A stretch of 64,000 nt of DNA from a virus, in the IMG/VR virus record IMGVR_UViG_3300020187_000010. The stretch is one strand, 5' to 3'. The translations under genes and the position numbers were made by a program. Below the pieces are notes generated by a model, which did no database searches, was not told the origin of the DNA, and was given only the letters and a program-made list of their open reading frames with translations. The first letter of the stretch is position 1. Each line of letters begins with the position of its first letter. Below, one piece after another: positions 26,144 to 36,983 of the stretch.

Positions 26144-28629
26144 CCAAAGAAATCCTCTAGTGACGCCTGAGGTTCAGAATCCCAACCAACCGCATCCAGA
26201 ATGGGAGTGAGTGGGTCAAGGAATGTTTTGTTGAACATCATATCATAATTGATATACTTATCCAGTCCCAGTTCACGGGGAAGGTTCAGTGGATAGGAGA
26301 TCACATTCTCACCGATTGGATTGGGCATCTTCAGGTAACAAAACTTGATCTTCTCACCATTCTTGATAGTCTCGTACCGTTTGGTCAGAGAACTTTCCTT
26401 GAGTGCTTTGTTGAACATCAACGCACCACGAACATGGATAGGAGTGCCTTTCTTGTACACCGTCTTACGGTCAGACCATTTGGTCACATCCGATACACCC
26501 CGAGGGAACGAAACCGCTTCGGGCGGTAAGGTCTTAAAATGGGACTTAAAGTCTCGAATGTACTTTTGTGTATCTACTTCGGTACCTTCTACGATGACCC
26601 GAAAGATCTCCTTGAACTTGTCACGGACGACCTGCGGAGTACTAGACTTGATTGCCTCGATACCCATCATCTTGAGTTTGGGTTCTGCGTACTGAACACC
26701 CTCGTTATTATGCACGTTCAGGATGTAACGTTTCTTGGCCATCCAGATACCACGGTCTGCGATTACCTCCCGTTCCATCTCCATGCGATTCTCATAGGCA
26801 TTGGTCGCTAGTGCCATATCCGCATAAGACTTTACAAGGAGTTTCTCGAAGTGTTCCGAACAGATCTTGTCGAGAAACTTTACCGGATTACTAGGAGAAA
26901 ACTTATCAACGAGATCCCCCATACGAAGATAAACAGAGTCGGTATCAATTGCCACAACGTAGTCTTCATCCGTGTTAAGAAGTTTTTGCATTTCATTGTT
27001 TACTGCTCTCTCTGCCCATTTGATTGCAAGTTGACCAGCAAGAGTAATGGACTCTGCAACTCTTTGGTCGAAATATCTGAACCAACGATTGCCGAGGGCC
27101 CCATATAATGAATTCATAAGTATCTTTATGGCCATCTGTTGATTATTCAGAGAAGTTATGGTATACTCTAGAGTTTTAGATGGGTTACTCTGCATCTCCT
27201 GTTGACATTCCAACATCTTCTTCTTGATCACACGGCGTTCCGAGTAATACTGTTTAATGATTATGGGAATCACACCTTCTCTATCTTGGGTGAATCTAAC
27301 ACCAGTGGGTGCAAGAGCATAATCTAGATTCTGGTCAGTAAGGTCAATCGAACCGTCCAGAAACTTATCGACCGAGACATTGCTAACGAATCCGTCCATT
27401 ACCGTCTCGGGTGACATATTGTATTGTACAATGATGTTAGGATACAGAGATGCCAAATCGAATGAGGTTACCCAGTCGTGCGAACCAACCTGTGGGTCTT
27501 TCACGTAACCGCCAGGATATGCGGTCTTGGGTTTCTCAATCTTCTTAGGAACCGCAACCTTGTTCTTATTCAGAAGTCGGTAGATGATGGTGTCCCAGAT
27601 AGCAGTCGTACCCAGAGTATCATTATAGTTCACACCCGCCTTGTAGGCCATGGTGAGAATTAATGAAATCAAATCAAGTTTAACATCGAGGAGATGTACC
27701 AACTCAACGTCTTTGATGTTATAGTCAATGAACTTTTGGAAGTCATTCTCATACAGGGCAAACAGAGAACCATGTTCCTCATAGGATAGTTTGCGTTCAC
27801 CCAGTACTACATGGGCAATATGATCCAGTCGATAGGATTCTTGTTGACCCAGAGTATTGTAGGTGAACTTCTTGAAGACCTCAAGGTAATCGAGTTGTTC
27901 GATACCCTCAAGGACAAACTCTTGGTTGGGTTTACCATTGATAGTAGTATTGCGTTCACGGATAAGACCCCACGGAGACATGCGTTTTGCCATGGTATCG
28001 TCACCGAGGAGTTTAACCATACGATTGACTAGATACGGAATATCAAAGAATCGTGTGTTCCAACCAGTAATAATATTGGGTGCGTACTGTTCGAACTGTC
28101 GGACAAACTTACGAAGTAGGTCTAGTTCGTTGTCGCATTTGATATAGAGTACGTCATCACGGGATACTGTATAGTCTTGACAACCCCAGACCCAGTACGT
28201 ACCACAGTCTTGACGCATAGTGATTGCGGTAACAGGATATGCAGCCGCGCCAGGAGTAGGGAATCCGTCCTGAGAGAAAACCTCGATATCGATGTTCGCA
28301 GTCTTGATGAGACTACGGTCATAGTCAATCTTATCAGGGAAGACTTCTCCGAGGAATTGGGCAACATAATTAGTATTGCCTGCAATAGTAAAGTTGGAGA
28401 CATGTTCGTAACGTTTGTCAAAGTCCTTCGCCTCTGTCATAGAGTCAAAGGTTACTGGTTGTACGGGTAGACCGTCAAGTGTAGTCCAACCATCAGATTG
28501 TTCTGCGGTACCGGACATAAAAAGAGTTGGTTTGAATGGGATTCTGCGTTTTACTTCTTTGCCGTTCTCGAAACCACGGTACAGAAGTTTGTTGCCAAAA
28601 CGGACAACCGATGTATAAAAATTGGACAT
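26140..28629 (-). CDS. 43: family B DNA polymerase gp43
   Basis: DIEV exonuclease motif, [26 protein letters not shown]. Confidence 0.97.
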   Translation of the reverse strand: MSNFYTSVVRFGNKLLYRGFENGKEVKRRIPFKPTLFMSGTAEQSDGWTTLDGLPVQPVTFDSMTEAKDFDKRYEHVSNFTIAGNTNYVAQFLGEVFPDKIDYDRSLIKTANIDIEVFSQDGFPTPGAAAYPVTAITMRQDCGTYWVWGCQDYTVSRDDVLYIKCDNELDLLRKFVRQFEQYAPNIITGWNTRFFDIPYLVNRMVKLLGDDTMAKRMSPWGLIRERNTTINGKPNQEFVLEGIEQLDYLEVFKKFTYNTLGQQESYRLDHIAHVVLGERKLSYEEHGSLFALYENDFQKFIDYNIKDVELVHLLDVKLDLISLILTMAYKAGVNYNDTLGTTAIWDTIIYRLLNKNKVAVPKKIEKPKTAYPGGYVKDPQVGSHDWVTSFDLASLYPNIIVQYNMSPETVMDGFVSNVSVDKFLDGSIDLTDQNLDYALAPTGVRFTQDREGVIPIIIKQYYSERRVIKKKMLECQQEMQSNPSKTLEYTITSLNNQQMAIKILMNSLYGALGNRWFRYFDQRVAESITLAGQLAIKWAERAVNNEMQKLLNTDEDYVVAIDTDSVYLRMGDLVDKFSPSNPVKFLDKICSEHFEKLLVKSYADMALATNAYENRMEMEREVIADRGIWMAKKRYILNVHNNEGVQYAEPKLKMMGIEAIKSSTPQVVRDKFKEIFRVIVEGTEVDTQKYIRDFKSHFKTLPPEAVSFPRGVSDVTKWSDRKTVYKKGTPIHVRGALMFNKALKESSLTKRYETIKNGEKIKFCYLKMPNPIGENVISYPLNLPRELGLDKYINYDMMFNKTFLDPLTPILDAVGWDSEPQASLEDFFG

Positions 28630-28657
28630 AGACTCACTTCTTTAGAATAATGTATAT

Positions 28658-28693
28658 AGTATAACAAAAAAAGGGGGTTTTGTCAACCCCCTT
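28658..28693 (-). promoter_or_regulatory. overlapping rho-independent terminator and gene 43 promoter
   Basis: AAGGGGG-TTGACAAAA-CCCCCTT hairpin plus T-run; TTGACA (at the top of the hairpin)-17-TATACT. Confidence 0.8.
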
Positions 28694-28701
28694 CGCAGTT
28701 A

Positions 28702-30057
28702 TCATGACGAAACAAGATCCCCTATGACCACGGGATTCTTACCCAGTTTTCGGTTATCTTCTTTGGTTTGTATCACAAAGTTGTCTTGGTTAGTTTTGCC
28801 GCCATCAGCATACGGTTTGATGTGACCAATTTCGAAGTCAGTTGATAGGACATCTTCTAATGGGATTTCTACACCTTCGGGAGTTATCCATCCCTGATCT
28901 TTTGCAGCAATAAGTTTTTCTTCGGCAGTTCCACCTCTACGAGAATCTAACTGTACGAAATATTTAGACGCATCAAACTTTTCAGAGATTAACTTATTAC
29001 GTAGATTGTTAAAACGAATCTCACGTGAACGCAACAACTCAGAGAAATTTGCAGAACGACCGTTCTCATTGTATGAGTATTCGGTCTTATCTTTCATCAG
29101 ATCAATCTGAACATCGATATAATCTTTAATGAAAGTTTCTGGTTCAATCATACGCTTTCCACCTCGGATCTGTTCTAGGTAGATCACAAACAAATCCAAC
29201 AATCCGTTTTCACGTTTAAAGATGGAAATGTTCTTACCGACAATTTTCAAGAAACGATCCATCTCGCGAGAGAACTTGTTGACTAACTTGTTAGCATTCT
29301 CGTTATAATACATTTCTTCTAAAGACTTGGCGGTAATTTTACTTTGCAGTCCATCGATGTAAATCATGAAAAGACCAGATAAGTAGTCATCAACTTTACG
29401 TCTGTTAATTTCTTTTTGTGAAAATACATTCTTAACGAAAGTCTTAGTGTGTTTTGTAGCAAGACTGCGGATTTCCTCCGCAACATTAGATATAATCGGG
29501 TTTCTCAATTCTGGCGCATTCAACGCAACACCACTATTAACAACTAAGAACAAACGAGTAATGTCTTCTTGATTGACGTTCAAGTAAATCTCTAGAGTCA
29601 ATTTACGCGAATCTAGGATACACTTCATACCAGTAGGAAGTGTAGAATAGTTGCAGGTGTCTTTAGTTATGGTGTAAACCTCATCACCGATAACATAGTT
29701 CCCTAGAGGAAGACCAAACTTATCATCAACAAACTCGCCTATCGTAACAGTGCGGTTGTTAGAGTCGAGGTTCAAGTAGTCACATGTACTTAGGAACTGT
29801 GTGAAATATTCCATGGACTTTTTGTCATTTGAAATCTCAGCGGAATTGTAACAACTCTTCACATGCGCAAGGATGAACTTGGATGGTGCAGTATTCAGAA
29901 TAAGAGAAACCAAGAATGATTGCTTATTCTGTACTTCCCATCGAGTCACCGACTGACAATTAAGATCAGCATAGACCGTATCAATCATCTTCTTGTATGC
30001 ACCAAGAGTAATGTTTGAAGTTTTTGATTCTACAGACTTGTATGTTACATTTTTCAT
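28702..30057 (-). CDS. GmrSD-like protein (DUF262/ParB-like N-domain plus C-terminal HNH)
   Basis: Q...RW....KQSF..SL, LDSNNR (variant of DGxxR), F...NSGV.LN..E.R; C-terminal GHIKPYADGGKTNQDN...N. Confidence 0.7.
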   Translation of the reverse strand: MKNVTYKSVESKTSNITLGAYKKMIDTVYADLNCQSVTRWEVQNKQSFLVSLILNTAPSKFILAHVKSCYNSAEISNDKKSMEYFTQFLSTCDYLNLDSNNRTVTIGEFVDDKFGLPLGNYVIGDEVYTITKDTCNYSTLPTGMKCILDSRKLTLEIYLNVNQEDITRLFLVVNSGVALNAPELRNPIISNVAEEIRSLATKHTKTFVKNVFSQKEINRRKVDDYLSGLFMIYIDGLQSKITAKSLEEMYYNENANKLVNKFSREMDRFLKIVGKNISIFKRENGLLDLFVIYLEQIRGGKRMIEPETFIKDYIDVQIDLMKDKTEYSYNENGRSANFSELLRSREIRFNNLRNKLISEKFDASKYFVQLDSRRGGTAEEKLIAAKDQGWITPEGVEIPLEDVLSTDFEIGHIKPYADGGKTNQDNFVIQTKEDNRKLGKNPVVIGDLVSS

Positions 30058-30138
30058 AATATATACCTTTATATAATTAGTTAGGGTGTGTAGGAAGTGA
30101 AGGAGTCACCATGAGTCGTTCTATCAACCTACACATAT

Positions 30139-30167
30139 ATAATACCAAAAGAGAGTGCCTTTGGCAA
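30139..30167 (-). promoter_or_regulatory. sigma70-type promoter for the GmrSD-like gene
   Basis: TTGCCA-17-TATTAT. Confidence 0.6.
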
Positions 30168-30184
30168 CACTTTTTTAAACTTTT

Positions 30185-31321
30185 TTAACGAATAATGTCA
30201 ATTTCATCCGCATTTGTATTCCACGTTTCTAGTTTAGTACGTAGACGACCATCTGCCTTGACCTGTTCGAATCTCTTAGATGCCTTCTTGCGCCACCAAG
30301 ATACGATGTTCTCCATCTCGAATCGGTCAAAGTTCTCTGCGGGTTTGAGTTCATCGGTCTTGAGGTTTAGATAGTCCTTAACAGACTGTGCCTCATAACC
30401 ATAGGTAGAGAAGAAGGAACGTTTCTTCTCGGTCAAACCCTTCGCATCTTTAAAGGTCTGACAGAACTTCGCATAACCATCCATATCATATTGCTTGAGA
30501 GAGGTTTTGATAATGGATACCATCTTGGTCTGCGTCTTCAACTTACGAGAAGATGCGTCAGCAGGTACCAAGTAATCACCACCGTTCCGTTCTTTGAACC
30601 AATCGTTCAGTCTACGGAAGTTATCATCGTTGATCAGTGGGGCGAAGTTTGAGTCTGTCAAACCATTAAAACGTAGGAATGGACGCATACCGTCATACAT
30701 ACTTGCAGACGTAGATGACCCATATAGTGATGTGGTCTCCATCATTGCTATGTTAGAACCATATCGTTTATTGATTTCTTTTCTCATTTGGTGAGAACAA
30801 CAAATACCCGCAAGTAGTTTACCACCTAAAGTATTGAACGCTGCGGGCTGCACGGGGATTATGTTAAACGACATAATCACAGAGTCGTTGAATCTTTTCA
30901 TCACTGCGGGATTGTACGAGTCCAGAGGATTACCCAACCATTCATTACGAGGACGTGAGTTGATTGTCGGAGAACCGAATCGAATCATACCGAAGATCTT
31001 ACCAGAGTTCTTCTCCTTGACGATCTTCAACATCTGTTTGCCCGGAATACTAGATTCTACAGGGGCGGAAGTAACAATCTCCATGTACTGCATAAACTGG
31101 TTCTGTGGACAATCACCGATGACAAACTCCATGTCATTGGGGTGCATGTCAAAGTCATCGAATAGGTCATCTTCGGGGCCCATGCCGAGAAGACCCGTAG
31201 GGAACGTCTTCATGCGTTCCATCTTGATTTGTCGCATATAGTCATCAATACGGTCGAAGTTCGAAAAGAACTCGGTAAAGACGTTTGCTGCGTAGTGTGT
31301 ATCTTCTTTAGTTAGTATCAT
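30185..31321 (-). CDS. DUF4338 (Druantia DruA-like, GNAT-related) protein
   Basis: GMIRFGSP.IN..PRN, IIP.QP..FN.LGGKLLA, ETTSLYG. Confidence 0.7.
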   Translation of the reverse strand: MILTKEDTHYAANVFTEFFSNFDRIDDYMRQIKMERMKTFPTGLLGMGPEDDLFDDFDMHPNDMEFVIGDCPQNQFMQYMEIVTSAPVESSIPGKQMLKIVKEKNSGKIFGMIRFGSPTINSRPRNEWLGNPLDSYNPAVMKRFNDSVIMSFNIIPVQPAAFNTLGGKLLAGICCSHQMRKEINKRYGSNIAMMETTSLYGSSTSASMYDGMRPFLRFNGLTDSNFAPLINDDNFRRLNDWFKERNGGDYLVPADASSRKLKTQTKMVSIIKTSLKQYDMDGYAKFCQTFKDAKGLTEKKRSFFSTYGYEAQSVKDYLNLKTDELKPAENFDRFEMENIVSWWRKKASKRFEQVKADGRLRTKLETWNTNADEIDIIR

Positions 31322-31344
31322 AAATTCCTCATCTCAATGTAACC

Positions 31345-31373
31345 ATTATATACTATTACGAGGAGTTTGTCAA
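31345..31373 (-). promoter_or_regulatory. sigma70-type promoter
   Basis: TTGACA-17-TATAAT. Confidence 0.8.
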
Positions 31374-32173
31374 TCTATTATATGAAAATAGTGATGACGA
31401 GTCCAAGGTGCATCTATGTATTTTTGATTGTACCCGTGATGATCTTGGGTAACACAAAGTTTCTTAGATATGACCTGAGTAGTAGGTGTTCTCCATGGAT
31501 TGAATGTAATATTGGGATCCCTTTTGTTGAAGGGTTTTTGGATGTTTCGACCAAAATGTAGAGTGTCACACCCGTGCCAAGGATGCACAAGAGTTGTCTC
31601 ACGACCTCTATAATTTTCATATTTTAATACACGTGTAGTGTATGTCGAATATAATCTCTGTAGTGTGCAATATGGGCCACAGTTAATAGGGAAGTTACCT
31701 TGGGTCAACATATCGTATTGCCATGCAGCGGTTTCCTTCTCCAAGGTATAACACCCCATAAACAAACCAATGTTTCCATACAAGACATCCATTTCTTCAA
31801 TAAACTTAATTATAGATTTCAACACATCTAAGTATTCTTCTATGAAAAAGGTATCATGTTCCAATACTAAGAATCTCTCATCAGACTCGGACGCCATGCG
31901 CATAAGTTCCCAATGAGAACACATTCCTGCCTTCTCGGTAGGAGAATGGTCATCAGGGGCACTACCATATAGATCAGCCTGCATTAAAGAAGTTTGCCAA
32001 TTATATCTTGACAAATGTTCTTCAAAATCTACAGAGTCTGGAGTGATCGCATCAAAGGTTATTATCTCATCGATGATACCCGCGTCAATTGCAGGCTGAA
32101 AAGATTCACGAGAGATACGTGCGTACTCCTCGGATACTTTATCACCCTTTATTACTATCTGATATGCCTTCAA
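31370..32173 (-). CDS. glycosyltransferase family 25-like protein
   Basis: FDAITP, E.AG..SH..L, FLVLEHD. Confidence 0.7.
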   Translation of the reverse strand: MKAYQIVIKGDKVSEEYARISRESFQPAIDAGIIDEIITFDAITPDSVDFEEHLSRYNWQTSLMQADLYGSAPDDHSPTEKAGMCSHWELMRMASESDERFLVLEHDTFFIEEYLDVLKSIIKFIEEMDVLYGNIGLFMGCYTLEKETAAWQYDMLTQGNFPINCGPYCTLQRLYSTYTTRVLKYENYRGRETTLVHPWHGCDTLHFGRNIQKPFNKRDPNITFNPWRTPTTQVISKKLCVTQDHHGYNQKYIDAPWTRHHYFHIID

Positions 32174-32983
32174 CTAGGGAGATTCCATTTTTCTTGAGGA
32201 AGGTTCACAATACGGTGATGGGTCTCTGCGTCTAGGTTATCTGCACCTGCAAACTGCACGTGTACAAACTTGGTGTTATCATCTCTCCAGTCATGGAGTT
32301 CTCTTCCATCCACACCTTTATATCTACTGTAATGAATATAAGAGTTCCACCCATTATCCATACGTTGTACTTCAAAGTCGTGTACAAACATCATTGCATG
32401 TAGGTATGGTTGATCACAAGTATAGAACGAGTCTAATCCCATTTGACGAACTAACTCAACATATCTTTTAGGATCTAACCAAGTCTCCCGTGCCTTCACA
32501 CGTCCTTCTTTTGAATACAAGACCATTCCAGTATTGAAGACATCAATACCATATGAATTTCTAGGTAAGTCCGTTCCGAACATATTCTTACATAACGCAG
32601 CGAAACGTTCGTCTTGTTCGTGAGTGATGCGACCACCGGTAATAGTACGAATACGTGGTTGTTCTGGTTCTGTACAGATACCAATCTCACCAGTAAATTC
32701 GTCAAAGATGTTTGCCTCTAGACCTTCTACCGGAAAGACATCAGTATCTGCAAATAGAATCTTATCATACTTGTCGAAGGATTCATCGTAGATAGGTTTG
32801 AATGCACCGTAGTGGGGAGAGTAGTTACCAAAGTTGTAACCAAAATGATTTTTGAGAAACTGAGGGTTCTCTTCGAAGATGTACTCTGCACCAATACGTT
32901 CTGCGTATTCTTGCATGGCCATAACACCGGCACGACATGATTCTCTTACTTCACCATCCCAATATTGATAGATCAGGTTCATG
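32170..32983 (-). CDS. GT-A fold glycosyltransferase-like protein
   Basis: EYAERIGAEY, YDKILFADTDVF, FNTGMVLY, DQPYL, WN, FVH; start at MNLIYQYW. Confidence 0.75.
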
Positions 32984-33037
32984 ACAAATTTCCTTAAAGG
33001 TTGGGGCAAAGTCCCATGACCTCACCCGTTTTTCTTT

Positions 33038-33145
33038 TTATACCATCAGTGCACTAAATGTTATATAGAACGTAATTGCACTTGCTAAACTGACTATAGT
33101 CATTCCTAATCTCTCTGATATTTTATCAGATCGTGACCTTTCCAT
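33038..33145 (-). CDS. 35-aa single-helix membrane peptide (not in the ORF track)
   Basis: MERSRSDKISERLGMTIVSLASAITFYITFSALMV; AGAGG upstream. Confidence 0.5.
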   Translation of the reverse strand: MERSRSDKISERLGMTIVSLASAITFYITFSALMV

Positions 33146-33252
33146 AACTTTTACTAACCTCTGTTTAATTATATAATGAATTATTTCATTACGTATATAT
33201 GTATATAAACGCATACTCTTGATAGAGGCTATGCAAAAATATCATACCGCAT

Positions 33253-33786
33253 TTAGAAATAAATGGATGGGTCAGGGTCTCCTTCAACACCGAAGGAAAA
33301 ACTTACTCGACTATCGTGGGGAATCACTTGATGGTGGGTACCCCGAGGCAACCATACATAGTCGCCAGGATTGAACCAAAATGGTTCATCGTTATTATGA
33401 CCCTCTACTCGCATTTCAACGGATGCCAGAACTTGTACTAAAAACACGTCCATCTGGTCGAAGTGCCAAGGGTAAGAGTCGGAGTTCTTACCAATACCCG
33501 TAAATGCGATATTGGTAATCTTGTTTCCATGCAAAGAAAAAACGTCCTGCATCTCTTGTTCAATGTCTCGTGCGAACTGAGGTGCAGAAGGTCTACTATG
33601 GAAAGAGTTCAATCCGATACGAAACTTGTTCGTATTCGAATCTATTTGTTTATCCGGATGAGTATTGAGTAGGTGCATATGTTTGTTCCAATCATACACA
33701 TCACTTATTTCAAGAGGAAGTTTCCCAAAGAACGGGATCTTATCCGCAATGAATTCATCTTTATCTGTAAATATATCAAACATCAC
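33253..33786 (-). CDS. JmjC/cupin-like 2OG-Fe(II) oxygenase
   Basis: PWHFD.MDVFLVQV...PGDYVWLPRGTHHQV...RVSFSF (HxD...H). Confidence 0.8.
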   Translation of the reverse strand: MMFDIFTDKDEFIADKIPFFGKLPLEISDVYDWNKHMHLLNTHPDKQIDSNTNKFRIGLNSFHSRPSAPQFARDIEQEMQDVFSLHGNKITNIAFTGIGKNSDSYPWHFDQMDVFLVQVLASVEMRVEGHNNDEPFWFNPGDYVWLPRGTHHQVIPHDSRVSFSFGVEGDPDPSIYF

Positions 33787-34193
33787 TTATTTCCAATATT
33801 ATACTTAGGACAAAGCTCCCACTGGTCTTTATCTTTAAATCCAATAATCTTGATTGTACGCATAGGCGCACAGTCTTTTGCAACTTCTTTATTGTGGATC
33901 TCTACCAGACCCCAGTCTTGCAGTAAAGTTGCGATTGTATTTCTTCGTTGTACATCTCCAGTTTCTAGATTAGACTTCTTACCGTCTAACATAAAGAGTT
34001 CTTTGAAGTGTACAATAAAATATCTTCCCTGTTTGTGTAGTATATGACAGGACTGGAAAAGTTTATTATCACGTCTGGAGGCGATACCAATACGTGTGAG
34101 AGTTTCCTTGACTTTCAAAAAGTCATCTGGTTCTGCTAGGATAATTTCTAACATCAACCCAGAGTTCCATTCTACAATATTATTTTCTTCCAC
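33783..34193 (-). CDS. regA: translational repressor RegA
   Basis: DDFLKVKETLTRIGIAS...QSCHILHKQGRYFIVHFKELF. Confidence 0.97.
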   Translation of the reverse strand: MEENNIVEWNSGLMLEIILAEPDDFLKVKETLTRIGIASRRDNKLFQSCHILHKQGRYFIVHFKELFMLDGKKSNLETGDVQRRNTIATLLQDWGLVEIHNKEVAKDCAPMRTIKIIGFKDKDQWELCPKYNIGNK

Positions 34194-34575
34194 CTTTATT
34201 CACCTTATCTTTTATAATAGTTAGTTGTGTGGCGGAGAGTAACGGTAGGACTTGACGCGCTTTATCATTGCTATATCCATAATACTCTTTCACCAATTCA
34301 ATATCATTTTCTATTTCAGGTTTTACCCATTTAGAAAACCGTTTTCGTTTCCTAACTATATTTATAAGAAATTGATATTGTAACTTACTATCGATATGGT
34401 GATACCGATTCATCTCATTCGCCAGTGCAACTGTGTCGGGGAAGTACGACAAACTGCGATTGATAACGAAAGGGACATAACCCTTCTCGTTACCCTCATA
34501 TATATCTATCTTCGAGTGGTTTATGCTTTGTAAAAAATCAAACGGGGAGACGGTCTTCTTGTTTGCACCAGCCAT
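34180..34575 (-). CDS. 62: clamp loader small subunit gp62
   Basis: YVPFVINRSLS...ANEMN...RKRFSKW...EYYGYS..KA. Confidence 0.92.
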   Translation of the reverse strand: MAGANKKTVSPFDFLQSINHSKIDIYEGNEKGYVPFVINRSLSYFPDTVALANEMNRYHHIDSKLQYQFLINIVRKRKRFSKWVKPEIENDIELVKEYYGYSNDKARQVLPLLSATQLTIIKDKVNKGGRK

Positions 34576-35185
34576 TTTTGTAATCCTTCAAGTAAAAGTT
34601 GCGAAGTTTCACCAGATGTTCTGGTGATATCGCATCATTATATAATTTCATTGTAGTTCGGTTTTCATGTAATCCACTAATGTCACGTTCTATTGTACAG
34701 GCTTCTTGGAGGAAGTCAAGAAGTTTCGGTATCTCGCTAATATGATAAACCATATCATAATCATCGGGATGACCCATGTACCAAGACTGTGTATAGAAGT
34801 GACTATTTTTCACCAAACCCCGTTCCATATCATCAATAACTCGATCAATCTGTAGTGATATATCTGGTAAATCTCTGCCATTTTTAATGTAGAAAGCACG
34901 TGCGGATTGAATGAATTCACACGCAGATTTGAATCTATCAATCGGATCGCGTCTTATAGCAATGCGATAAGAACCTTTTCTGAAGGGGATATCGAATTGA
35001 TCTGCGTGTTTCTTCACCGATAAAACTCTATCCACGAGTCCCAGAGGAGCTCTAGAAGCCAAAGATCTACGAAGAGCCTCTTTCACGGAAGACATACCAT
35101 TTTTAGGACATATCCTAACATCTATGTTATTAGGAAAATACAGTACATTGTCTGCCGGAGTCATCTCGTAAATATCATTAATCAT
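34538..35185 (-). CDS. sulfotransferase (Sulfotransfer_2-like)
   Basis: CPKNGMSSVK (5'-PSB-like), RDPIDRFKSA (3'-PB-like), HFYTQ, Y..D. Confidence 0.75.
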   Translation of the reverse strand: MINDIYEMTPADNVLYFPNNIDVRICPKNGMSSVKEALRRSLASRAPLGLVDRVLSVKKHADQFDIPFRKGSYRIAIRRDPIDRFKSACEFIQSARAFYIKNGRDLPDISLQIDRVIDDMERGLVKNSHFYTQSWYMGHPDDYDMVYHISEIPKLLDFLQEACTIERDISGLHENRTTMKLYNDAISPEHLVKLRNFYLKDYKNGWCKQEDRLPV

Positions 35186-35634
35186 TATATTTGACATACG
35201 GGTATTCCACATTTTCCAAGAAAATCTATACCGTCTGTACTGCGCAAGTGCGGAGTACGGTAATAAACATTCTTGATACCTGATTGATATATTAGTTTAG
35301 CACAGTCTAAACACGGTGCCGTTGTAGTATATAGATCACTATTATAACACGATTCCGAGGATTGTGCAACCTTCGCAATCGCATTAGTTTCTGCGTGTAG
35401 AACTTCGTCTTTAGTGACTAGTTTCCTACCGTAACCTGTGTTGCCAGTCTTCACTTCATGTTCGCAGTTGTTGTCCCAACCAGAAGGCATACCGTTGTAT
35501 CCGATAGAGATGATGCGGTTCTCTTTCACAATGACACAACCAACCTTCAGTCGGTTAGCCGAAGACAATTTTGCATATGTCTCGGCAACCGCCATGTGCG
35601 CATCACTCCACTTAGACACCCAACACACTCGCAA
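35185..35634 (-). CDS. cd: dCMP deaminase
   Basis: VGCVIV...GYNG, HAETNAI, PCLDCAKLI. Confidence 0.93.
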   Translation of the reverse strand: MRVCWVSKWSDAHMAVAETYAKLSSANRLKVGCVIVKENRIISIGYNGMPSGWDNNCEHEVKTGNTGYGRKLVTKDEVLHAETNAIAKVAQSSESCYNSDLYTTTAPCLDCAKLIYQSGIKNVYYRTPHLRSTDGIDFLGKCGIPVCQI

Positions 35635-35989
35635 GATCTGGTTCAGAGAATGTATCTGGTTTCATAATCTTACCTGTCTCGGGATTACGAATCGCAACGC
35701 CATCGGGAAACTTAGACATGTTAGAACGTTTAACTTCTTTCCAAATATCATTGAAGTCCATATCTAGAGTAGAGGCCAGACCCATGATAACCCATACCAT
35801 ATCTGCAAGACCATCTGCGACTTCTACAATATCACCGTGTAAGAATGCCTGTTTGGTCTCCCAAAATTCTTCCTCAATTAAATCCATATACAGATTTGCT
35901 TGATCGCTCTCCATCCCACTATGGTCAGGAACTTCGTGTCCTCCAATCACCATAAAATCTTCTACATCTTTTTGATAATCATTCATCAT
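35612..35989 (-). CDS. MazG-like/PRA-PH nucleotide pyrophosphohydrolase
   Basis: LIEEEF.E, EVADGLAD, EV.RSNMSK, GKIMKP. Confidence 0.85.
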   Translation of the reverse strand: MMNDYQKDVEDFMVIGGHEVPDHSGMESDQANLYMDLIEEEFWETKQAFLHGDIVEVADGLADMVWVIMGLASTLDMDFNDIWKEVKRSNMSKFPDGVAIRNPETGKIMKPDTFSEPDLASVLGV

Positions 35990-36936
35990 TTCACCTCTAC
36001 ATTAGCCATAATTTCGGTCATACATGCGACCAGATTCAGTTCGTGATCCGCAACAAAAGAATTCTTGTATTGATAATCAGCAAGAATCAATACCAGTTGC
36101 GGAATCGATTGGGGTTGTACATACTCGGACATTGCATCGTATATACCACGGAAGATAGACGCAGGTTCTACATCCATGTTATTGACAACCCATCCACGCA
36201 TCTTCTTAAAGTCTTTACCCTTCAGTGCCTTGAACAAGAGACTGTAGTTTGAGTTTGCGTCAGTGATAATAGACGTAGTTTCCAACTGACCAGAGATACT
36301 GTGTCGTTGTAGTTCGTTAAGTACACGTCTCCAGTCCGGTGCGTGTTTCATGATCAACTGTGCAAGTACATCTTTGTTATAGTTGACATTCTCACCTTCC
36401 AGAATATCCTGTGCACGTACCATAAACTGACCGCACAACTGTTGCATAATCTTCTTAGAGAAGTTAAACTCATAATTAGAACAACGACTGTGTAATGGTT
36501 CGATTACACGGTTCTTGAAGTTACATGTCAGAATGAACCGACAGTTATTAGAGAACTCCTCGATAAACCCACGGAGAGCGGGTTGGGTAGATTGTGGATT
36601 GAGATAGTCAGCCTCATCTAGGATAACAACCTTGTAACCACCGGACAGTGATACCGAGGATGCAAACTGTTTGATCTTACCACGAAGAGTATCAATGTTA
36701 CCCTCTTCAGATCCGTTGATGACAATATAGTCAAGACCAAGTTCGTCACACATGGCACGTGCGATAGTCGTCTTACCAGTACCCGCAGTACCAGAGAACA
36801 ACATGTTAGGTAGTTCACCACCATCTACGATCTTTTGGAATGTTACTTTTAGGTCAGACGACAGGATAGTGTCTGATACTTTCTGTGGACGAAACCGCTC
36901 GACCCATAAGAATTCATCTTTCATGTATTGCTCCAT
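35986..36936 (-). CDS. 44: clamp loader large subunit gp44
   Basis: LWVERFRP, GTAGTGKTT, ILDEAD, LHSRC. Confidence 0.96.
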   Translation of the reverse strand: MEQYMKDEFLWVERFRPQKVSDTILSSDLKVTFQKIVDGGELPNMLFSGTAGTGKTTIARAMCDELGLDYIVINGSEEGNIDTLRGKIKQFASSVSLSGGYKVVILDEADYLNPQSTQPALRGFIEEFSNNCRFILTCNFKNRVIEPLHSRCSNYEFNFSKKIMQQLCGQFMVRAQDILEGENVNYNKDVLAQLIMKHAPDWRRVLNELQRHSISGQLETTSIITDANSNYSLLFKALKGKDFKKMRGWVVNNMDVEPASIFRGIYDAMSEYVQPQSIPQLVLILADYQYKNSFVADHELNLVACMTEIMANVEVK

Positions 36937-36953
36937 AATTTAATTTACAGGTA

Positions 36954-36982
36954 ATTATAACACACCTGTGTTTCATTGTCAA
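36954..36982 (-). promoter_or_regulatory. sigma70-type promoter for gene 44
   Basis: TTGACA-17-TATAAT. Confidence 0.8.
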
Positions 36983-36983
36983 T

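Noticed and set aside
20522-28629. Introns or inteins in 41, uvsX or 43
   Set aside because: All are continuous ORFs of normal length with no intein or homing endonuclease motifs.
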